NCBI GenBank assembly: GCA_044229975.1
Contig: JBGARZ010000010.1
Location: 32,001-96,000, forward strand
Direction of reading: 5' to 3'
Length of the DNA: 64,000 nucleotides
From: Polyangiales bacterium
GTDB lineage: Bacteria > Myxococcota_A > Polyangia > Polyangiales > Ga0077539
Shown here: piece by piece, positions 58,324-64,000 of the stretch
Layout: the number at the start of each line of letters is the position of its first letter
How positions within the stretch are numbered: position 1 is the stretch's first letter
Notes under the pieces: model-generated
What the model saw: only the letters and a program-made list of their open reading frames with translations
Told to the model about the DNA's origin: nothing
The model's database searches: none
Translations under genes and position numbers: made by a program

Positions 58324-59279
58324 CGGACGAGGGCGACGCGCTGACGGCGGCCATCGGGAGCGACGAGGCCGTGGTCATCACCGGCGTGGTGGGGCGCCTG
58401 GGCAAGCACGTGTGCCGGCTGCTGCACCGGATGGTGAAGGTCATCGGGGTCGACCGGCGGGAGTTTCCCGATCGGCCGAAGGACGTCACGCACCTGCGCA
58501 TCGACATCAGGCGCAAGAAGCTGCGCGACGTGTTTCGCAGCGGGAAGGTGAGGGCGGTGGTTCACCTCGGGGTGATGCACGACCCCCGCGCGTCGACGAG
58601 CGATCACCACTCCTGGAACGTCGTCGGCTTCGGCAAGATGCTCGAATCGATGGCGCAGTTCGGGGTGCGCAAGCTGGTGGTTCTCTCCAGCGCCAACGTG
58701 TACGGGCCGCGCCCCGACAACCCGCAGTTTCTCGCGGAAGAAGCGCCGCTGCTGGGCAGCCAGGACTTCAGCGAGATTCGCGACCTCATCGAGGTCGACA
58801 TGCTCGCGCAGAGCTTCTTCTGGCGTCACCCGAGCTGCGAGACGGTGATCCTCCGCCCGACGCACATCCTCGGCGCCGTGAAAAACGCCCCCAGCAACTA
58901 CCTCCGCCTCCCGGTGACGCCGACGCTGATGGGCTTCGACCCGATGATCCAGGTGATCCACTACGACGACGTGGCGCGCGCCATCGCGCTCGCGCTGCGC
59001 CCCGGCGTGCGCGGCATCTTCAACCTCGCGGGGCCCGAACCGCTGCCCCTCTCGCGCATCCTGAAGATGCTGGAGCGCACGCGGCTGCCGGTGCCCCACG
59101 GGGCCGCGCGCTCGATGCTCACGCAGCTCTTCCGCTACCGCCTGTCGAGCTTCCCCGCGCCGGAGCTCGACCACATCCGCTACGTCTGCATGGTCGACGA
59201 CCGCCGCGCCCGCGACGCGCTCGGGTATGCGCCGCGCCACGGCGTCAGGGACACCGTCTTCGCCGTCGACAACGGCTGA
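58320..59279 (+). CDS. NAD-dependent epimerase/dehydratase (extended SDR)
   Basis: ITGVVGRLG, VVHLG, SSANVYG and QVIHYDDVARA. Confidence 0.88.
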   Translation: MTDEGDALTAAIGSDEAVVITGVVGRLGKHVCRLLHRMVKVIGVDRREFPDRPKDVTHLRIDIRRKKLRDVFRSGKVRAVVHLGVMHDPRASTSDHHSWNVVGFGKMLESMAQFGVRKLVVLSSANVYGPRPDNPQFLAEEAPLLGSQDFSEIRDLIEVDMLAQSFFWRHPSCETVILRPTHILGAVKNAPSNYLRLPVTPTLMGFDPMIQVIHYDDVARAIALALRPGVRGIFNLAGPEPLPLSRILKMLERTRLPVPHGAARSMLTQLFRYRLSSFPAPELDHIRYVCMVDDRRARDALGYAPRHGVRDTVFAVDNG

Positions 59280-59368
59280 GCGGGTGGGGACGGTCTCAGC
59301 TTTTCAAGTTGTGACGATTGGGCGGAACGTCACAACTTGAAAAGTTGAAACCGTCCCCACCCCCGCTC
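59278..59368. repeat. imperfect ~40-bp-arm hairpin (GGGGACGGT...ACCGTCCCC), REP-like or terminator
   Basis: 59278-59316 pairs with 59328-59368 around an 11-nt loop. Confidence 0.85.
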
Positions 59369-59386
59369 GGGTACCTTCCCCCTCCC

Positions 59387-60295
59387 ATGACCGACGCGCT
59401 CTCCTCCATCGCCGGTGTCGTCGACGTCGACCTGCTCCGCGGCACCGCCGCCTCCCCCATCGCCCCGCCCGACCTCGTCATCGAGATCCCCCACGGCGCC
59501 ACCACCACCGCCGACTTCACGTCGCTCGCCGCCGAGCTCCGCAGCCCGCTGCCCGAAGCGCTCGTCGACTTCTTCCACGTCAACACCGACGCGGGCGCCC
59601 CCGAGCTCGCCGTCGCCGTCGCGCGTCGCCTCGTCGCGCTCGACCCGTCGCGCACGGTGGCCATCTTCCGTTGCCGCGTTCCGCGCACCTTCATCGACTG
59701 CAACCGCCGCATCGACGCATCGCCCGCTGACTTCAAGGCCGGTAAGGTCACCCCCGGGCTCATGCCCTGGATCACGCACCCCGACGACCGCGCCCTCCTG
59801 CGCGCCCGCTACGACGCCTACGTCGCCGCCGTCCGTCGCGCCGTCGCGCTCGCTCTCCCCAGTGGCGCCGTGCTGATGCTGCACACCTACGCGCCACGCT
59901 CCGTCGACGTCGAGGTCGACGCGGACATCGTGACCAACCTCCGTCGGGCCTATCAGCCCGAGGTCGAGCCCACGTGGCCGCTGCGCCCCGAGGTCGACGT
60001 CATCGGCCGCGGCCTCGACGGGACCTCGTACGCGCCCGCCGCCGTGGTCGACGCGCTACGCAGCAACATGGCCGCGGTGGGCGTCACCGTCGCCGACGGC
60101 GAGACCTACCCGATGCACCCCAGCACGATGGCGTGGGAGCACGCCAACGCCTGGCCGGGCCGCACGCTCTGTGTCGAAGTGCGGCGCGACCTCGTGGCCG
60201 ATCCCTTCGACCCCTTCGCTCAGATGAACATCGGCGACGCCAAGATCGCTCGCCTCGCAGGCCCGATGGCTGAAGCCCTCCGCGCCTGGTGGTGA
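59387..60295 (+). CDS. N-formylglutamate amidohydrolase-like protein
   Basis: EIPHG, TDAGA, RTFIDCNR, MLHTY and CVEVRRDL. Confidence 0.8.
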   Translation: MTDALSSIAGVVDVDLLRGTAASPIAPPDLVIEIPHGATTTADFTSLAAELRSPLPEALVDFFHVNTDAGAPELAVAVARRLVALDPSRTVAIFRCRVPRTFIDCNRRIDASPADFKAGKVTPGLMPWITHPDDRALLRARYDAYVAAVRRAVALALPSGAVLMLHTYAPRSVDVEVDADIVTNLRRAYQPEVEPTWPLRPEVDVIGRGLDGTSYAPAAVVDALRSNMAAVGVTVADGETYPMHPSTMAWEHANAWPGRTLCVEVRRDLVADPFDPFAQMNIGDAKIARLAGPMAEALRAWW

Positions 60296-60304
60296 GTTCA
60301 GCGT

Positions 60305-60429
60305 AGAAGGTCATCTCAACCCGTCGCGAGCACCCCGAGACGAGGGAGGCCGCGCGAGACATACGCGGGGTATTTCGAGCGCGGCCGACCGCTGTATCGG
60401 GGGGCGCAGCAGGGTTGTGATGACCTTCT
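60305..60429 (-). repeat. ~125-bp structured repeat, copy 3 (reverse orientation)
   Basis: Minus-strand stem AGAAGGTCATCACAACCC / GGGTTGAGATGACCTTCT and the shared core. Confidence 0.92.
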
Positions 60430-61646
60430 CACTCCGCGTACATCTTGATGCCCGTCGCCGCCGCGAAGCTCAACCGATACGCCTCGTCCCAGTCGGGGTG
60501 CCGCACCATCAGGTGACCGTCCGACAGCAGCGTCTGCTTCCAGTTGCGGCGGTGCATCCCCGGTCGCAGCAGCTCCTCCTCCACCGCCCAGTGGCCCGCC
60601 TCGCGCAGCCAATTCCCCAACCCCTCGATGCGCGTGATGCGGCCCTGTCCCTGCGCCCGCTTGAAGATGATGCCCGCGTTGTACTTGCGCGTGGCGTCGG
60701 CCTTGAAGCTGTTCCAGCAGGCGACGCGCGCCCACTCGCGGAAGAGGTCGATGTCCGAGGTGTAGTTCATCTGGTCGACGATGTGCCCGCCGCCCGGCCT
60801 GCACCCGATCTCCCCAAACACCGCCTCGCCCTTCGGCGTCAGGAACCACTCCATGTGCGTGAAGCCCGTCCCCATCCCGAGCGCGCCCAGCACGTTGCGA
60901 CCAAGCTCCACGCCCGGCATCAACCGCGGCTGATACATGTCGCGCACCGTGATGATCACCGGGCTGATCCATTCGAGCGAGCGCATCTCGATGGGCTTCG
61001 GCAGGTACGACGCGACGTTTTCGTAGACCGGCTGTCCCTCGACGCACACCGTGTCGAAGGTGAACTCCTCGCCCTCGACGTACTCCTCGCAGCTCGCCTC
61101 GTGCACGCCGCGCATCAGCGGAATCACCCGGTCGAGCTCCTTCGCGTCGCCCACCCGATAGGTGTCCGCGCTCCCTGCTCCGGCGATGGGCTTCAAGATC
61201 AGCGGGTACCCGATGAACTCCGCCGCCTCGCGCATCTCCTTCTCCGTCCGCACCCGCCGCGAGCGCGGAACCCGCAGCCCCGCCGCGCGCACGCGCTCCT
61301 TCATGAGCTCCTTGTCGCGGAAGCCGTTGACGGCATCGACGCTCATGCCGGGCATCCCCCACCGCTCGCGAATGCGCGCCGCCAGGATCACCAGCGGCTC
61401 CCAGTTGGCGAGCACGCGGTCGACCTCCCTGCCGCGCATCCAGTTCGTCACCCGCTCGATGACGTCGTCCTCGTCCATGATGCGAGGAACCTGGAGGTAG
61501 TCGTGGAGGTACTGCTTCACCTCCCATGGCAGCGACTCGCGCGAGGCGTCGCCGACGCCAAACACGGTGGCCCCCACCTCCGCGAGCCCGCGGGTGTACT
61601 GGATCATCTCAGGGGGAAACGACGGAGCCAGGAAGACGACGCGCAT
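60429..61646 (-). CDS. ATP-grasp domain protein
   Basis: FRDKELMK, GYPLILKP.AGAGS, EEYVEGEE, HMEWF and EIGCRPGG. Confidence 0.92.
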   Translation of the reverse strand: MRVVFLAPSFPPEMIQYTRGLAEVGATVFGVGDASRESLPWEVKQYLHDYLQVPRIMDEDDVIERVTNWMRGREVDRVLANWEPLVILAARIRERWGMPGMSVDAVNGFRDKELMKERVRAAGLRVPRSRRVRTEKEMREAAEFIGYPLILKPIAGAGSADTYRVGDAKELDRVIPLMRGVHEASCEEYVEGEEFTFDTVCVEGQPVYENVASYLPKPIEMRSLEWISPVIITVRDMYQPRLMPGVELGRNVLGALGMGTGFTHMEWFLTPKGEAVFGEIGCRPGGGHIVDQMNYTSDIDLFREWARVACWNSFKADATRKYNAGIIFKRAQGQGRITRIEGLGNWLREAGHWAVEEELLRPGMHRRNWKQTLLSDGHLMVRHPDWDEAYRLSFAAATGIKMYAE

Positions 61647-61740
61647 GGCCGCGGACGCTATCACCACCCGGGTAACGATCGTGTGAGGGATTACCGTCAC
61701 CGTTGACCCTCGCGCGGCCGGTCCGCCATCCTCGCGCCCG

Positions 61741-62958
61741 ATGCCCCGCAACGTCGTCTTCGTCGCCCCGTTTCCCGCTGAAGTCACCATGCGCTTCGTG
61801 CGCGCCGCCTCACGCATCCCCGACGTGCGGCTGCTCGGCGTCGTGCACACGCCCCCCGGCGGCGCCGACGCCAACGTCTATCACGACATGGTGCGCGTCA
61901 CCGAGCCGCTCTCCGTGCGCGACATCATCGACGGCGTCGAGGTGCTCCGCCGCCGCCACGGGCAGCCCTTCCGCATCGTCGGCATCCTCGAATCGATCAT
62001 GGTGCAGCTCGCGCAAGCGCGGGCGCACTTCGGCGTCCCCGGCACACCACCGCGCGTCGCCGAACTCTTCCGCGACAAGTCGTTGATGAAGGCCGCGCTC
62101 CGCGAGGCGGGCCTGCCCGTCGCGCGCAGCCGCGTCATCCGCACCGAGGCCGACGCCCGCGGCTTCGCGGACGAAGTGGGCTTTCCCATGGTGCTCAAGC
62201 CCCCGTCGGGCATGGGCGGCAAGTCCACCTACCGGGTCAACTCCTACGAAGAACTCCTGCGCGCCGCCAGGGGCATGGGCGCTAGCGAGAACAACCCCGT
62301 GCTGGCAGAGGAGTTTCTGCGAGGGAGGGAGTTCAGCTACGAGACCATCACCACGGGCGGAGCGGTGCGCGCGCAGTCCATCTCGCACTACCTGCCAGGT
62401 TGCCTGGAGGCGATCGAGAACCCGTGGATCCAATGGACCTGCCTGCTCCCGCGCGACATTTCGGGCGCCGAGTACAACGGCGCCAAGGCCATGGGTCAGG
62501 CCACCGTGAAGGCGCTCGGACTCGATGACGGCATGACCCACATGGAGTGGTTTCAGCGCGCCGACGAGAGCCTCGTCATCGGCGAGATCGCGCAGCGCCC
62601 GCCGGGCGCCAACATCAGCCTGATGACGGGCCTCGCGCACGACGTCGACCTGTACGCCGCGTGGGCGCGCGCCGTGATCGACGGGGACTTCCACGGGCCC
62701 TGGGAGCGCAAGTACGCGGTGGGCAGCGCCTTCCTACGCGGCATGGGTCACGGCCGCGTGGCTGCGGTGCACGGCATCCACGAGACCTGGGAGGCCATTG
62801 GGAAGTGGGTGGTCGAGGCCAACCTGCCGACGGTGGGCGCGCCCAAGAGCGACAGCTACGAGGGTGACGGCTACGTGGTGGTGCGCGACCCCAACACTGA
62901 GGTCGTGAAGAAGGTGCTCAAGACCATCATCGAGACCATCCGCGTGCAGTACGCATGA
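61741..62958 (+). CDS. ATP-grasp domain protein (paralogue of 60429..61646)
   Basis: FRDKSLMK, GFPMVLKP.SGMG, EEFLRGRE, HMEWF and EIAQRPPG. Confidence 0.92.
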   Translation: MPRNVVFVAPFPAEVTMRFVRAASRIPDVRLLGVVHTPPGGADANVYHDMVRVTEPLSVRDIIDGVEVLRRRHGQPFRIVGILESIMVQLAQARAHFGVPGTPPRVAELFRDKSLMKAALREAGLPVARSRVIRTEADARGFADEVGFPMVLKPPSGMGGKSTYRVNSYEELLRAARGMGASENNPVLAEEFLRGREFSYETITTGGAVRAQSISHYLPGCLEAIENPWIQWTCLLPRDISGAEYNGAKAMGQATVKALGLDDGMTHMEWFQRADESLVIGEIAQRPPGANISLMTGLAHDVDLYAAWARAVIDGDFHGPWERKYAVGSAFLRGMGHGRVAAVHGIHETWEAIGKWVVEANLPTVGAPKSDSYEGDGYVVVRDPNTEVVKKVLKTIIETIRVQYA

Positions 62959-64000
62959 CCCGCGGGGTGTCGGTCGTCGTCGCGCTCGCCGCGCTGTGTG
63001 GCTGTGCCCGACCCGTCGTCCTCGCACCCGTTACGCGATCGCCGTCTCCGCCACCGACTCCGCCACCGATCGAAGCACCGACCGAGACAGCGGTCGAAGC
63101 GCCGCCTCCACCGCCGTGGCCCATCGACGATCTGCCCGCGGCCACCGCCACCACGCAGACGACGCTGGGTCGACCCGGTCCCGCGACGCCCGTGTGGATG
63201 AGCGCCAACGGGCGCTTCGTCGTGGTCTACCGGTGGAACCCGGACGACGTGGACTACCGCGCGTTTGGTCCGCTGTCGGTCGACCTTCATGACGTCCACA
63301 CGCGCACGACCACCCGCATCGACGAGGTGATCGCCTTCGACCAGACGCGGCGCTGGTGCCTCTACCGGCGCAACGGTCACCTCGTGCTGCTCGACGGCGC
63401 GGACGGCACGCGACTCGACCCGGAGCGCGAAGGAGTGCTCACCGAAGACAACGGCTACCTGCTGCTGACCCGCATCGTCTCCTTCAGCTTCGATGGCCTG
63501 CGCGCTCTCTTCCCACTGCGCGATGGCAGCGGCTTCGTCGAGTTCGATCTCGCCACCCGCACGGCCCGCCGCACCGTTGTTCCTGGTGGCGTCTGGTATG
63601 TGGAGGCGCTCGCGCTCCCGCAGGGCCACCGCATCCTCCAATGGCCGGCCGGGAGCCCTTTGCCCCGCGGGTTTCAGGGGTTGAGCAGCGGCTACATCGC
63701 GCGCCCGATCGAGTCGCGGGATCACCCTCCGTTTCGTCGGCACGCTCCGCCGGAGGCCGACGCGCGCCTCGTCGTGACGCCCAGCGGAACCCACCGACTG
63801 CCAACCGCCGCGCCCGCGAGTGGGGGGACGGTGATGTTTGAGTCGACGCCGGTGACCACGCTCGATGAACTGGAGCTGTTCCACCCCGGGATCACCGCGC
63901 TCCTCCCGCCCGAGACGCGCTTCCACCCGACTCCCGGGGAGGCAGCCGGCTTCGTGTGGCGGAGTGAAGAGGTCAGGCTCTACGCCGACACACCCGACGG
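62955..64000 (+). CDS. lipoprotein, runs off the right edge (absent from the ORF track)
   Basis: ATGA overlap with the ATP-grasp stop. MTRGVSVVVALAALCGC, a Pro-rich linker, then beta-propeller-like sequence (WMSANGRFVVVYR..SFSFDG). Confidence 0.75.
   Translation, partial: MTRGVSVVVALAALCGCARPVVLAPVTRSPSPPPTPPPIEAPTETAVEAPPPPPWPIDDLPAATATTQTTLGRPGPATPVWMSANGRFVVVYRWNPDDVDYRAFGPLSVDLHDVHTRTTTRIDEVIAFDQTRRWCLYRRNGHLVLLDGADGTRLDPEREGVLTEDNGYLLLTRIVSFSFDGLRALFPLRDGSGFVEFDLATRTARRTVVPGGVWYVEALALPQGHRILQWPAGSPLPRGFQGLSSGYIARPIESRDHPPFRRHAPPEADARLVVTPSGTHRLPTAAPASGGTVMFESTPVTTLDELELFHPGITALLPPETRFHPTPGEAAGFVWRSEEVRLYADTPD

Overview
A very GC-rich, gene-dense 64 kb window. Its gene content suggests Myxococcota (Polyangiales-like), which is inference: Cys-rich and Pro/Asp-rich lipoproteins, a Hanks-type kinase, Uma2 and GEAR-repeat proteins, and a fused membrane/spermidine synthase. 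About 50 real genes can be separated from the many GC shadow ORFs. No rRNA, tRNA, CRISPR/cas or transposase gene was recognised. Highlights: (1) a 1817-aa single-chain enzyme at 39575-45028 with the order atypical cytochrome P450 - PAI-like FAD fatty-acid isomerase - FAAL - ACP - thioesterase, followed by a second, frameshifted P450. This is a candidate KS-free fatty-acid/oxylipin tailoring assembly line. (2) A ~125-bp structured repeat in three copies (22151, 28406, 60429 minus). Each starts exactly at a TGA stop codon and shows compensatory stem changes, and one copy is read in frame as most of a lipoprotein signal peptide. (3) A perfect 86-bp inverted repeat and a third hairpin type, also abutting stop codons. 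(4) Damaged nuclease-family genes and several uncharacterised envelope and signalling modules. All family calls come from motif recognition by eye and need HMM/BLAST confirmation.
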